From an uncultured Clostridia bacterium (GTDB lineage: Bacteria; Bacillota; Clostridia; Christensenellales; Borkfalkiaceae), in NCBI GenBank assembly GCA_944363045.1, contig CALVTT010000002.1, forward strand, positions 14,474 through 78,473: a stretch of DNA of 64,000 nt. The letters are read 5' to 3'. A program made the translations under genes and the position numbers. The notes beneath the pieces were generated by a model that saw only the letters and a list, made by a program, of their open reading frames with translations, had not been told where the DNA came from and made no database searches. Below, piece after piece: positions 15,809-27,204 of the stretch (the first letter of the stretch is position 1; each line of letters opens with the position of its first letter).

Positions 15809-18238
15809 TTATTTGTCGATCGACTTCAAATTCCAAATATTTCTTGCGTATTCGCGTACACTGCGGTCTGCGGAGAAATACCCCGCGGCAGCGATATTGT
15901 TGAGAGACTTCTTGTTCCAGCTCATCTTGTCCTTGCGATAGAGATCGGACATCGCATTCTGCGTCTGCAAATAGGACTCAAAATCGGCAAGACACATATA
16001 AGGGTCGGAAACAGGTGAACGGTGCAGCAGATAATTGGCGATCTCCGAGAAGGAGTTGCCGTTGAAGCCGACGATGAGCGACTCCACCACCTTGCGCATA
16101 TTCTGGTTCTTGTTGTAATAGGCGCTTGAAGAGTAGCCCTTGTTCCAAACATCGCTGACTTCATGCGCGTTGAGGCCGAAGATGAAGATGTTGTCGTCAC
16201 CGACGCGCTCGCGCATTTCCACATTGGCGCCGTCGAGCGTACCGATGGTGAGCGCTCCGTTGATCATGAACTTCATGTTGCCCGTACCGCTCGCCTCTTT
16301 GCCCGCAAGGGAGATCTGCTCGGAGATCTCGGAAGCCGGCATCAGCGTCTCGGACATCGTCACGTTATAGTTTTCAAGGAAGACGACATTGAGCTTCTCG
16401 CGGATCCTCGGCTGCTTTCTGATCTCCTCGGCGAGGAAGCAGATGAGCTTGATGATCTCCTTCGCCATGTCGTAACCTGCCGCCGCTTTGGCAGCGAAGA
16501 TGTAAGTCTTGGGCACGAGATCGAGATCGGGATTGGCGCGCAGGGCGTTATAATCGGAGATGATGTGCAGCACGTTGAGCAGCTGGCGCTTATACTCGTG
16601 AAGGCGCTTTGCCTGTACGTCGAAGATGGTCTCGGGATCGATGTCGACGCCCTGCACCTTCTTGACGCGCTCTGCAAGCTGCATCTTCTTGATATGCTTG
16701 ATCTCACCGAGGCGCTTTAAGACACTTTCGTCGTTCTCGAACTTCTTGAATTCGGCAAGTTTTTCCGCATCCTTTGCATACCCCTCCCCGATCGTGTCGT
16801 TGAGCAGCGCGCAGAGCTCAGGATTGGACTGGTTGAGCCAACGGCGGTGCGCGATGCCGTTCGTCACGTTCTTGAACTTCTCGGGCGTGTAATCATAGAA
16901 GTCGCGGAAGATGCTCTCCTTGATGATGTTGCTGTGCAGTTCGGAAACACCGTTGACGCAATGCGACCCCATGACACAGAGGTTTGCCATGCGCACGGTG
17001 TTGTGCGAGAGCACAGACATACGGGAGATCTTGTTCCAATCGCCGGGATACTTCTGCCAAAGATCCTCGCAGAAGCGGCGGTTGATCTCCTTTAAGATGT
17101 TATAGATACGCGGCAGCCTGCGCGCGATGAGGTCTTCGGGCCACGTCTCGAGCGCCTCCGAAAGCACGGTGTGATTGGTATAGGCACACGTCGCGGTGGT
17201 GATGTTCCATGCCGTCGTCCACTCGAAGAAATTCTCGTCGACGAGGACGCGCATGAGCTCGGGGATGGCGAGCGCAGGATGCGTATCGTTGATATGGATG
17301 GCCGACAGATGCGGCAGCAGCGCAAGCGAGCCGAAGCGGCGCTTGTGGTCGGAGACGATGCACTGGATGGAGGCAGAGACGAGGAAATACTGCTGCTTCA
17401 GGCGCAGCGTCTTGCCTTCGTAGTGATTGTCGGAAGGATAGAGCACTTTGGAGATGAGTTCGGCCTCGCTGTCCTCACGCATGACTTCATCGTAGTTGCC
17501 CTGCGAAAAGAGCTTCATGTTGAAGTCCTGCTTGGCGCGGGAACGCCACAGCCGGAGCACGCTCACAGCCTGGGAATCCGCACCGGACACCATCATGTCA
17601 TAGGCGATCGCCTCCACTTCCTTGGCATTGCGGTAGATGGTCTCCATGCCGTGGTCCGTCCAGCGCTCCTCGATCTCTCCGTCAAATTTGACGGTGAACT
17701 GCTTATCGCTGCGCTGGGTGAGCCAGCACTCGCCGCCCGGGAGCCACACATCGGGAAGCTCGATCTGCCAGCCGTCCACGATCTTCTGCTTAAAGAGGCC
17801 GTACTGATAGAGGATGGAAAAACCCATGGCGGGATAGTTCTGCGTCGCGAGGCCGTCCAAGAAACAGGCGGCAAGGCGGCCAAGTCCCCCATTTCCGAGT
17901 CCGGCGTCGGGCTCCTCCTCATAGAGGTCTTCAAGCGTCAGCTTATACTGATCTTTCAAAGCCCCTTCGATGGCATCACGGATGCCGAGATTGTAGACGC
18001 TGTTCTTGAGGGAACGGCCCATCAAGAATTCCATGCAAAGATAATACACCCTCTTTGCGCGGGCGGCTTTCATCTTCAGATGGAATTGCAGGCGCTTTTC
18101 GAGCATGATATCTCTTACGCTCATGACGACTGCTTTGTAGACCTGTTCCCGAGTTGCCTCGGCGGCGCTCACGCCGAAATAACGAGTGAGCTTGCCGCCG
18201 ATCAACTGTTGTGCTTCCTGTTGTGTTAAATTACCCAT
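15809..18238 (-). CDS. glgP: Glycogen/alpha-glucan phosphorylase (GT35)
   Basis: It carries the PLP-lysine region EASGTGNMKFMINGALTIGTLDGANVE and is full length at 809 aa. Confidence 0.9.
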   Translation of the reverse strand: MGNLTQQEAQQLIGGKLTRYFGVSAAEATREQVYKAVVMSVRDIMLEKRLQFHLKMKAARAKRVYYLCMEFLMGRSLKNSVYNLGIRDAIEGALKDQYKLTLEDLYEEEPDAGLGNGGLGRLAACFLDGLATQNYPAMGFSILYQYGLFKQKIVDGWQIELPDVWLPGGECWLTQRSDKQFTVKFDGEIEERWTDHGMETIYRNAKEVEAIAYDMMVSGADSQAVSVLRLWRSRAKQDFNMKLFSQGNYDEVMREDSEAELISKVLYPSDNHYEGKTLRLKQQYFLVSASIQCIVSDHKRRFGSLALLPHLSAIHINDTHPALAIPELMRVLVDENFFEWTTAWNITTATCAYTNHTVLSEALETWPEDLIARRLPRIYNILKEINRRFCEDLWQKYPGDWNKISRMSVLSHNTVRMANLCVMGSHCVNGVSELHSNIIKESIFRDFYDYTPEKFKNVTNGIAHRRWLNQSNPELCALLNDTIGEGYAKDAEKLAEFKKFENDESVLKRLGEIKHIKKMQLAERVKKVQGVDIDPETIFDVQAKRLHEYKRQLLNVLHIISDYNALRANPDLDLVPKTYIFAAKAAAGYDMAKEIIKLICFLAEEIRKQPRIREKLNVVFLENYNVTMSETLMPASEISEQISLAGKEASGTGNMKFMINGALTIGTLDGANVEMRERVGDDNIFIFGLNAHEVSDVWNKGYSSSAYYNKNQNMRKVVESLIVGFNGNSFSEIANYLLHRSPVSDPYMCLADFESYLQTQNAMSDLYRKDKMSWNKKSLNNIAAAGYFSADRSVREYARNIWNLKSIDK

Positions 18239-18275
18239 TGTGCCTAAATGTTATCTCCAAAAATTTGATCGTTGA

Positions 18276-19994
18276 TCAGTGCATCAACATTCCGAGGTAA
18301 AGCCCTTCGTAATACTTTGCGGACTTTGCCCAAGTGAAATCAGTCGTCATCGCCTTGTGCATCAGCTTCTTCCATTCGTCCTTGTTGTGGTAGACGCCGA
18401 TGGCCTCGTTGATGACATAGAGCATATCGTATGCGTTATAATCGTGGAAGGTGAACCCGTTGCCGCCCGCGCCGTAAGGCGTGATGCTGTCGCGCAGGCC
18501 GCCCGTCTCGCGCACGATGGCGATGGTGCCGTAGCGGGAGGCGATCATCTGCGAAAGGCCGCAGGGCTCGCTCTTGGATGGCATCAGGAAGATATCCGCG
18601 CCCGAGTAGATCTTTCTCGAGAGGTCGGAGTTGAAGGAGATGATGGACACCACCTTGCCCTGATACCTTCTTGCAAGATCGGAGAAGTAGTTCTCGTACA
18701 TGGAATCGCCCGTGCCGAGGAGAACGAATTGGATATCCTGGCGGAGCGCCTGTTCGATGACTTCCTTGACGAGATCGAGACCCTTGTGCGAGACGAGGCG
18801 CGTGATCATGGCGATGATGGGCGTTTCGGGCTTGACGGGCAGGTTGAGCATACGCTGCAGCTCTTCCTTGCAGACTGCCTTGCCCGCCGTGTCCTCCGCA
18901 TTATAGTTGGCGAACAGCGCGCGGTCGGTCTCGGGGTTGTAATAGTCGGGATCGATGCCGTTGAGGATACCGCACAGCTTGAACTCGTTGCGGCGCACGA
19001 TGGGATCGAGGCCGTGCGAATAGTACGGATCCTTGATCTCGCCCGCATAGGTCGGGCTGACCGTCGTGAACTGCTCGCAGCACTCGATCGCACCCTTCAT
19101 CAGATTGATGCAGCGGTCGTACTCCACAAGATACTGATAGCGGTAGGAAATGCCGAACAGGTCTTCGAGGATATCGAGCGAGTACTGCCCCTGATACTCG
19201 ATGTTGTGGATGGTGAACACCGCACGGATGAATTGGTACTCGGGGCGGAAGCAGTAGATGGTCTTGAGGTAGATGGCCGCAAGCGCCGCCTGCCAATCGT
19301 GGCAGTGCAGGATATCGGGATAGAAATTGAGGAAGGAGAGGATCTCCATCACGCTGCGGCAGAAGAAGGCGAAGCGCTCGCCGTCGTCATAGTAGCCGTA
19401 GCAGCCGGGACGCTTGAAGTAATACTCGTTATCCACGAAGTAGAACGTCACATTGTCTTTGACATACTCAAAGATGCCGCAGTATTGGTTTCGCCAGGAG
19501 AGCGGAACAAAGATGTTGCCGATGAAGCGGAAATCTTTCCGGTATTCCTTCTTGATGTCCTGATAGAGCGGAACGATGACGCGGACATCGTATCTGTCCT
19601 CCTTGGCAAGCGCTTTGGAAAGAGAGCCGATGACCTCGGCAAGGCCGCCCGTCGCGATAAAGGGCGCTGCCTCGGAAGCAACAAAGAGGATCTTCTTTTT
19701 CTCCTCGACCTTGACCTCGGGAGCGGGCTCCTCTGCGGGCGCTTCCGTTTCGGGCGTTACGACCTCGATGGGTGCGGCGGGCTGTTCTTCCGCCTTGACT
19801 TCGGCAGCCGCCTCTTCGGGAGCAGCCACGGGAGCAGCTTCGGGAGCGGGAGCCTCGGGAGCTGCAGACGCCGCCGCAGCCTCCTCAAGGACTTTTTCTT
19901 CCTTCACAAGCTCTTCCGCGGGAGCGGGCTTTACGGCCTTTGCCGCGGTCTTTTTGTTCTTGGATGCATTGGATGTACTTTTCGTATTAGCCAT
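18276..19994 (-). CDS. glgA: Glycogen synthase (GT5) with a 100-aa Ala/Pro/Glu/Lys-rich N-terminal extension
   Basis: The canonical start KILFVASEAAPFIATGGLAEV begins only at residue 101. The upstream 100 aa are low complexity. There is no alternative start near residue 100. Confidence 0.9.
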   Translation of the reverse strand: MANTKSTSNASKNKKTAAKAVKPAPAEELVKEEKVLEEAAAASAAPEAPAPEAAPVAAPEEAAAEVKAEEQPAAPIEVVTPETEAPAEEPAPEVKVEEKKKILFVASEAAPFIATGGLAEVIGSLSKALAKEDRYDVRVIVPLYQDIKKEYRKDFRFIGNIFVPLSWRNQYCGIFEYVKDNVTFYFVDNEYYFKRPGCYGYYDDGERFAFFCRSVMEILSFLNFYPDILHCHDWQAALAAIYLKTIYCFRPEYQFIRAVFTIHNIEYQGQYSLDILEDLFGISYRYQYLVEYDRCINLMKGAIECCEQFTTVSPTYAGEIKDPYYSHGLDPIVRRNEFKLCGILNGIDPDYYNPETDRALFANYNAEDTAGKAVCKEELQRMLNLPVKPETPIIAMITRLVSHKGLDLVKEVIEQALRQDIQFVLLGTGDSMYENYFSDLARRYQGKVVSIISFNSDLSRKIYSGADIFLMPSKSEPCGLSQMIASRYGTIAIVRETGGLRDSITPYGAGGNGFTFHDYNAYDMLYVINEAIGVYHNKDEWKKLMHKAMTTDFTWAKSAKYYEGLYLGMLMH

Positions 19995-20037
19995 AGTTCA
20001 ACTGATCCCCCTTGTCTCATTATGTGCCGTGCGGCGC

Positions 20038-21147
20038 TTACAACATTCTGCCTTTGGAAATAAAGTAGGGAAGTTCCTCGCAGCCGGAGAGATGACGCCT
20101 GTCGCGGATGACGACGTTCTTATCCGTGATCACGCAGTCGAGCTGCACCGCAGACTCGATGACCGTATCCTGCATGATGATGGAATTTTTCACGACGCTC
20201 CCCTTCCCGACCTTGACGCCGCGGAACAGGATGCTGTTTTCCACCGTACCCTCGATCGTGCAGCCGTCGGAGATGAGCGAATTCTTCACCACGGCGCCGT
20301 CGATATACTTGGAGGGAGCGGAATCGCGCACCTTCGTATAGATATCGCGGTTGGCAAAGAGTTCGCTGCGCACATTCTTATTAAGCAGCTCCATGCTGCG
20401 ACGGAAGTAGTTCTGCAGCGAATCGATGCTTGCATAGTATCCGTCAAATTTATACCCGTAGATGCGGAGCGTATCCGTGCTCTTGGCGAGGATATCCTTG
20501 CCGAAACTCGTAAGGCCGCGGGTGACGGCGTTGCCGATGAGGTCGATGAGGAACTCACGGTTGAGCACCATGACGTTGACATACATATTTGCTCTTCCCG
20601 TCAGCTTAGGGCTGATCTGCACGCCCTGCACGCGGCCCGTCTCGTCGGGATCGAGCGTGATATAGTAAGAGCTTTCGACCTCGTCCGTCTGGGTATAGAC
20701 CATCGTGATGTCCGCCTGGTTGGCAACGTGGCTGCGCACGATGTCGGCGATGTCGAGGCGGGCGACGCCGTCGCAGTCGGAGATGACGACGTAGTCCTCC
20801 TTGCGGTGGTTCAAAAAGCCCGTGATGCCCTTGAGCGCTTCGAGGCGCGAGCTGTAAGGCGCATCCGTTTCATCAGAGTAAGGAGGGAGCAGGATGATAC
20901 CGCCGTCCTTCCTTGCAAGATCCCAATCTTTGCCGCTGCCGAGATGGTCGATGAGCGACTGATAGTTGTTTTTCGTGACGATGCCCACCGTCGTGATGCC
21001 CGAGTTGACCATGTTGGACAACGGGAAATCGATGAGGCGGTATCTTCCGCCGAACGGGATAGAAGCCATCGTTCTGTGGCGGGAGAGCTCGGGGATGTTC
21101 TCGTCATGCACATTGGAGAAAATTACTCCTACCGTCGAATAAGCCAT
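20038..21147 (-). CDS. glgD: Glucose-1-phosphate adenylyltransferase, GlgD subunit
   Basis: It is an ADP-Glc pyrophosphorylase paralogue lacking the GGxGxRL loop (SIPFGGRYRLIDFPLSN). Its position between glgC and glgA matches Bacillus. Confidence 0.85.
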   Translation of the reverse strand: MAYSTVGVIFSNVHDENIPELSRHRTMASIPFGGRYRLIDFPLSNMVNSGITTVGIVTKNNYQSLIDHLGSGKDWDLARKDGGIILLPPYSDETDAPYSSRLEALKGITGFLNHRKEDYVVISDCDGVARLDIADIVRSHVANQADITMVYTQTDEVESSYYITLDPDETGRVQGVQISPKLTGRANMYVNVMVLNREFLIDLIGNAVTRGLTSFGKDILAKSTDTLRIYGYKFDGYYASIDSLQNYFRRSMELLNKNVRSELFANRDIYTKVRDSAPSKYIDGAVVKNSLISDGCTIEGTVENSILFRGVKVGKGSVVKNSIIMQDTVIESAVQLDCVITDKNVVIRDRRHLSGCEELPYFISKGRML

Positions 21148-21152
21148 TCTAT

Positions 21153-22349
21153 TTATTCCCCCTTATAATCCTGATCCAAAATTTTGCCGCCCTCGACCTT
21201 GGCGTTCTTGCCGATGGTGATCTGTCTGCCGAGCACGGCGATGCCCTTGCCTGCATCCTGAGGATCGCCGACAACGGCGCCCTCTTCCACGGTCACATCC
21301 TCATCGATGATGGAATAGACGACCTTTGCGCCCTTTTTGACGACGGTACCCGCCATCAGAACGCTGTCTCTGACTTCCGCCCCCTCTTCGACGACGACGT
21401 TGCTTGCAAGCACGGAGTGCTCCACGACACCGTCGATCTCGCAGCCGAGCGCGATCATGGAATTGCCGACCTGCGCCTTCTCGCCGATGTACTCGGGCGG
21501 AGCGAGCGGGTTGCGCGAATGGATCTTCCAATCGGGATCGGCGACGTCAAAGACGGGCTCTTCCCCGAGCAGTTCCATGTTGGCTTCCCACAGCGAAGAA
21601 ATGGTGCCGACATCCTTCCAGTACCCTTCAAACCGGTACGAGAACATCTTCTCGCCCGCGTTCAGCATGGCGGGAAGCACGTCTTTGCCGAAGTCCTTGC
21701 TCGAATCGGGATTCTGTTCGTCCGCTTCGAGATAGTCAAAGAGCTTCTGCGCCGTGAAGATGTAGATACCCATCGAAGCCAGGTTGCTCTTGGGCTGCTT
21801 GGGCTTTTCCTCGAACTGATAGATGGACCCGTCGGGATTGGTATTGAGGATGCCGAAACGGGAAGCCTCCTTCAGGGGAACTTCGATCGCCGCGATCGTG
21901 CAGTCCGCGCCCGTCTCGATGTGCGCCTTGAGCATCTTCGCATAGTCCATCTTGTAGATGTGATCGCCCGAGAGGATGAGCACATAGTCGGGATTGTACT
22001 TCTTCATGAAGTGCATATTCTGGTAAATGGCATTCGCGGTGCCCTCATACCAGGAAGACTTGACCTTCGCCTGATAGGGCGAGAGGATGTGTACACCGCC
22101 GTATGCACGGTCGAGATCCCACGGCTGGCCGTTGCCGATGTACTCGTTGAGCTCGAGCGGCTCATATTGGGTGAGCACGCCCACCGTGTCGATGCCCGAG
22201 TTGATGCAGTTGCTGAGCGGGAAGTCGATGATGCGATACTTCGCGCCGAAGGCGACTGCGGGTTTTGCAATCTTGTTCGTGAGGGCGTACAGTCTGCTAC
22301 CCTGTCCGCCTGCGAGCAACATTGCGACGCATTCTTTCTTTCTTTGCAT
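21153..22349 (-). CDS. glgC: Glucose-1-phosphate adenylyltransferase
   Basis: [25 protein letters not shown] and a left-handed beta-helix C-terminus are present. ATG 22349 has GGGGG 10 nt upstream. Confidence 0.9.
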   Translation of the reverse strand: MQRKKECVAMLLAGGQGSRLYALTNKIAKPAVAFGAKYRIIDFPLSNCINSGIDTVGVLTQYEPLELNEYIGNGQPWDLDRAYGGVHILSPYQAKVKSSWYEGTANAIYQNMHFMKKYNPDYVLILSGDHIYKMDYAKMLKAHIETGADCTIAAIEVPLKEASRFGILNTNPDGSIYQFEEKPKQPKSNLASMGIYIFTAQKLFDYLEADEQNPDSSKDFGKDVLPAMLNAGEKMFSYRFEGYWKDVGTISSLWEANMELLGEEPVFDVADPDWKIHSRNPLAPPEYIGEKAQVGNSMIALGCEIDGVVEHSVLASNVVVEEGAEVRDSVLMAGTVVKKGAKVVYSIIDEDVTVEEGAVVGDPQDAGKGIAVLGRQITIGKNAKVEGGKILDQDYKGE

Positions 22350-22380
22350 AATGCCTATGCCCCCTTTCAAATTTCCTTGA

Positions 22381-24477
22381 TTATTTCAAATCCGGCTTTT
22401 TTGCCGTCTTCGCCTTGCTCTTTGCGGGAGCAGCCTTAGCCGCCTCCGCCTTGGGGGCAGTCTTTCCCGTCCCCTTTGCCGCCGTTCCCTTCACCGATGC
22501 CGCCGCAGCCTTTTTCCTGCCGCCTGCCGCGGGGAGCTTCTCTGCCTTGGGCGGATCGGGCTCCTTCACAAAGTAGAGGCAGGTGAGCTTGGGCACGTCG
22601 ATGACGATGGAATACATCTTACCGTGGCTGGGCTTCTTGGTCGCCGTAAAGACGTTCTTCTTGATCTTGCCGTCGCCGCCGTATTTCTTGTCGTCGCTGT
22701 TGAAGACGATACGGTATTTCCCGCGCTTATTGACGCCCATCCAATAGCCCGGATTGTCCGCCCCCGAGAAACTGATGAGGGCGAGGATCTCGTTCCCCGC
22801 TTTATCGCGGCGGATAAAGGAGACGATATTCTTATCCGCATCGTTGGCGGCGAGCCACTCGAATCCGTCCCACGAATCTTCCACCTCGTAGAAGGCGGGC
22901 GTCGAATCGTAGAAGTGATTGAGCTCCTTCACATATCCCTGCAAGTCTTTATGCATCTCATACTCGTCCACGAGGAAGAAGTCGAGCTGCTTGTGATAGT
23001 CCCACTCGTTGAACTGGCCGAATTCATAGCCCATGAAGCCGAGCTTCTTGCCGGGATGCGCCATCATATAGCCGAGGAAGGAGCGTACGCCCGCAAACTT
23101 TTCCTCGTAGGTGCCGGGCATCTTGTTGATGAGCGAGCACTTGCCGTACACCACCTCGTCGTGCGAGATGGGAAGCACATAATTCTCGGAGAAGGCGTAC
23201 ATCATCGAGAAGGTGAGCTTGTTGTGGTTGTTCATGCGGAAGAAGGGATTGAGGCTGATATAGGAGAGCATATCGTTCATCCAGCCCATGTTCCACTTGT
23301 AGTTGAAGCCGAGGCCGCCCACAGAACCGGGCTTGGTGACGAGCCCCCAGGCGGTAGATTCTTCCGCGATCATCAAGGCGTGCGGATAGCGCAGGAACAC
23401 CGCCTCGTTGAGCTTGCGCAAAAAGGCGATGGCTTCGAGGTTCTTGTTCTCGCCATAGATATTGGGCACCCACTCCCCTTCCCGCTTATCGTAGTCGAGA
23501 TAGAGCATGGAGGCAACGGCATCTACACGCAGGCCGTCGCAATGGAATTTATCGAAGAGGAAGCAGGCGGAGGAGATGAGGAAGGAGAGCACCTCGTTCC
23601 TGCCGTAGTCGAAGCGGCGGGTACCCCAGCTCTTGTGCTCCATCCTGTCCCACTGGCTGCTCTCATAAAGCGGCTGGCCGTCAAACTCATAGAGGCCGTG
23701 CGCGTCCTTGGGGAAGTGCGCGGGCACCCAATCGAGGATGACGCCGATGCCCGCCTGATGGAAGGCGTCGACGAGAGCCATGAAGTCCTTGGGCGTGCCG
23801 AGGCGGGAGGTCACGGCAAAATAGCCCGTCACCTGATACCCCCACGAACCGTCGTAAGGAAATTCCGTTACGGGCATGAATTCGACGTGCGTATAGCCCA
23901 TCTCCTTGACATAGGGCACGAGCTCGCGCGCGAGGTCGAGATAGGAATAATAGTTCCCGTCGTCATGCTTCTTCCAGGAGAGGAGATTGACCTCGTAGAT
24001 GTTCATCGGCGAGGCATAGACGTTCTTTTGATAGAGCGCTTCGAGATAATCGCGGTCCTTCCACTCATACCCTTCGAGGTCATAGAGCTTGGAAGCGGTC
24101 GCGGGAGGCGTCTCGGTATGGAAGCCGATGGGATCCGCCTTCATGAGCTGCCTGCCGTCCGCCGCCGTGACGCAGTACTTATAGACGTCGTATTCTTTGA
24201 GGCCGGGGATGAAGAGTTCAAAGGTCTCCCCGTCCACCATGCGCTGCATGACGTTGACCGAAGCGTCCCAGCCGTTGAAATCGCCGACAACGGCGACATT
24301 TTTGGCGTGCGGCGCCCAAACGCGGAACATATATCCTTCCTCGCCGTCTACGGTCTTCCTGTGCGCACCGAAAACTTCGTAAATACGGTCGTTCTTGCCG
24401 TGGTGGTAGAGATAGAGCGGGAAATCTGTCTCTTGTTCGAGTCTCTGCTCTTTGCTCATTTGTTGCTCTTTGCTCAT
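22381..24477 (-). CDS. glgB: 1,4-alpha-glucan branching enzyme (GH13_9) with Lys/Ala-rich C-terminal tail
   Basis: [28 protein letters not shown] and SHDEV are present. The last ~60 aa are a K/A/P-rich low-complexity tail. Confidence 0.9.
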   Translation of the reverse strand: MSKEQQMSKEQRLEQETDFPLYLYHHGKNDRIYEVFGAHRKTVDGEEGYMFRVWAPHAKNVAVVGDFNGWDASVNVMQRMVDGETFELFIPGLKEYDVYKYCVTAADGRQLMKADPIGFHTETPPATASKLYDLEGYEWKDRDYLEALYQKNVYASPMNIYEVNLLSWKKHDDGNYYSYLDLARELVPYVKEMGYTHVEFMPVTEFPYDGSWGYQVTGYFAVTSRLGTPKDFMALVDAFHQAGIGVILDWVPAHFPKDAHGLYEFDGQPLYESSQWDRMEHKSWGTRRFDYGRNEVLSFLISSACFLFDKFHCDGLRVDAVASMLYLDYDKREGEWVPNIYGENKNLEAIAFLRKLNEAVFLRYPHALMIAEESTAWGLVTKPGSVGGLGFNYKWNMGWMNDMLSYISLNPFFRMNNHNKLTFSMMYAFSENYVLPISHDEVVYGKCSLINKMPGTYEEKFAGVRSFLGYMMAHPGKKLGFMGYEFGQFNEWDYHKQLDFFLVDEYEMHKDLQGYVKELNHFYDSTPAFYEVEDSWDGFEWLAANDADKNIVSFIRRDKAGNEILALISFSGADNPGYWMGVNKRGKYRIVFNSDDKKYGGDGKIKKNVFTATKKPSHGKMYSIVIDVPKLTCLYFVKEPDPPKAEKLPAAGGRKKAAAASVKGTAAKGTGKTAPKAEAAKAAPAKSKAKTAKKPDLK

Positions 24478-24550
24478 TGGGCCCCCTTCGTTCGCAAAAA
24501 GATGCGAAGATACTGCATATTGTGGTGCTCATATTGCACCGTACAAGCTT

Positions 24551-24579
24551 ATTATACTATATCTCTCCCCGAATTTCAA
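24551..24579 (-). promoter_or_regulatory. glg operon promoter (TTGAAA-17-TATAAT)
   Basis: The minus strand reads TTGAAA (24579-24574), a 17-nt spacer, and TATAAT (24556-24551). The leader to ATG 24477 is about 67 nt. Confidence 0.55.
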
Positions 24580-24725
24580 TACCCAAAAGCGAATTATTCT
24601 GCTTTTTTTGCAAAAATTTTGCCCTTCGTTGCATTTCCTGAAAAAAATTCGGCATTTTTTACGGCAAAGAGTGCCCGCTCCTTCCGTTTTTTGAAGATCT
24701 GAGCAAATTTTTCCGCACGGCGCAC

Positions 24726-24760
24726 AAAAAAACATCCCGGAAGGATGACCTGCCGGGATG
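24726..24760 (-). terminator. Rho-independent terminator after ilvC
   Basis: On the minus strand, stem CATCCCGG / CCGGGATG is followed by TTTTTTT. Confidence 0.7.
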
Positions 24761-24771
24761 CCCCTTTGCCG

Positions 24772-25824
<1,053 letters not shown>

Positions 25825-25852
25825 TTACCTCCGAAACTTGCTTTTTGCGTAT

Positions 25853-25881
25853 ATTATACGCCCTCCGCCGCCATTCGTCAA
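25853..25881 (-). promoter_or_regulatory. ilvC promoter (TTGACG-17-TATAAT)
   Basis: The minus strand reads TTGACG (25881-25876), a 17-nt spacer, and TATAAT (25858-25853). Confidence 0.55.
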
Positions 25882-25910
25882 GCAAACGGCGAATAATTTG
25901 CGCCTTTTTG

Positions 25911-25939
25911 TTGCATTTTTTACACAGCTGCTTTATAAT
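25911..25939 (+). promoter_or_regulatory. Promoter for the DUF815-like ATPase gene (TTGCAT-17-TATAAT)
   Basis: TTGCAT at 25911-25916, a 17-nt spacer, and TATAAT at 25934-25939. Confidence 0.5.
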
Positions 25940-25973
25940 ATTCTCCGAGAAATCAGACAGACAGGGACCACCT

Positions 25974-27137
25974 ATGAACGATCAGTCAAGCTATTTGGAA
26001 CTCACCGTACTTTCGGGGATCTTGAAAGATCCCGTCCTCGCCGCCTACCGCGCCTACCGCAACGGCGACCTCTCCTTCCGCGCTCAATTTCTGCACGAAC
26101 TCTTCGAGCACCGCGCGGAAAACAATTTTGCGGAATATGTGAAAGAGCTCGTCATCCACGACGAAAATGCTTTCTCCCGCGCCTGCGCGGCGGGCGGGAA
26201 CATCTCGCCCTATCTCAAGCGCGCCTACATCTGCGACCTTGCGGAGATCGGGCGTGCCCTTGAATTTTCCACGCCCGACTTCAATATGGGCAAGCCCTCC
26301 GCCCCCCTCATGAGCTGGGACGAAAAGGCCGCCAACCTCCTCTATTCCTTCTATCAGAGCTCGGGCTACGGTCAATTCATCTCGACGGCGGAATTTTGCT
26401 GGACGGCGGAGGATGAGCTCGTCCCCGTGCGCTCCCCCTCCGCGATCTCTCTTTCCGACCTCAAAGGCTATGAGCATGAAAAGGCACAGGTCTACGATAA
26501 CCTTGAAAACTTCGTGCGCGGGCTCCCCTTCTCGGATATGCTCCTCTACGGCGACCGCGGCACGGGCAAGTCCTCCACCATCCATGCGATGGTGAAGAAC
26601 TTCTTCCCGCAGAAGCTCCGCCTCGTGGAGATCGCCAAGGAGAACGTCGGGCATCTTCCCAAACTCAAATCTTATCTCGCTGCCGTGCCCCTGCGCTTTA
26701 TCGTCTTCATCGACGACTTTTCTTTGAGCGAGCACGACGACCGCATCTCCTCCTTAAAGACCGCTCTTCAAGGCAGCGCCGAGGGCCATGCCGACAACGT
26801 GATGATCGCAGCGACCTCCAACCGCCGCCACATCGTCGAAGAGAGCGTATCCGCCCGCGAGAACAGTATGCACCGCGAGGAGAACGAGCAGGAACTTCTC
26901 TCCCTTTCCGACCGCTTCGGCATCACCGTGCTCTTTTCCGCCACCAACAAGGAGGAATACCTCAAGATCGTGCGCGCGCTCGCCGCGGAGGAGGGCGTTC
27001 TCATCTCGGGGGATGCGCTGGATGCCGTTGCCGAACGCTGGGCGCTCGTCCGCGGAGGCCGTTCCCCCCGCCGCGCACGCCAGCTCGTCGACTATATCAT
27101 CGCCCGCGAGAAGAAGGAAAAGCCCATCGAAATATAA
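25974..27137 (+). CDS. AAA-type ATP-binding protein (DUF815-like)
   Basis: Walker A is LLYGDRGTGKSS and Walker B is RFIVFIDDF. ATG 25974 is preferred because the upstream part of the track ORF covers the promoter. Confidence 0.65.
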   Translation: MNDQSSYLELTVLSGILKDPVLAAYRAYRNGDLSFRAQFLHELFEHRAENNFAEYVKELVIHDENAFSRACAAGGNISPYLKRAYICDLAEIGRALEFSTPDFNMGKPSAPLMSWDEKAANLLYSFYQSSGYGQFISTAEFCWTAEDELVPVRSPSAISLSDLKGYEHEKAQVYDNLENFVRGLPFSDMLLYGDRGTGKSSTIHAMVKNFFPQKLRLVEIAKENVGHLPKLKSYLAAVPLRFIVFIDDFSLSEHDDRISSLKTALQGSAEGHADNVMIAATSNRRHIVEESVSARENSMHREENEQELLSLSDRFGITVLFSATNKEEYLKIVRALAAEEGVLISGDALDAVAERWALVRGGRSPRRARQLVDYIIAREKKEKPIEI

Positions 27138-27167
27138 CGCTGCAAAAAATATAGCGGCTGAAAACGT

Positions 27168-27204
27168 ACGCCCCCTCGGCAGGCTGCCGGGAGGGCGTTT
27201 TTTA
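27168..27204 (+). terminator. Rho-independent terminator after the ATPase gene
   Basis: An imperfect 14-bp stem CGCCCCCTCGGCAG / CTGCCGGGAGGGCG is followed by TTTTTT. Confidence 0.6.

Noticed and set aside
18279-21168. 594-aa and 530-aa plus-strand ORFs (18279..20063, 19576..21168)
   Set aside because: They are antisense shadows of glgA and glgD. They have no recognisable domains and a biased composition, whereas the minus-strand genes carry clear motifs.
24446-24477. 18-nt tandem duplication at the glgB start giving [12 protein letters not shown]
   Set aside because: It is real in the sequence but is a trivial local duplication. Only the first ATG has the SD, and there is no evidence of regulatory meaning.
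22624-24702. 692-aa plus-strand ORF
   Set aside because: It is an antisense shadow of glgB, which has all four GH13 conserved regions.
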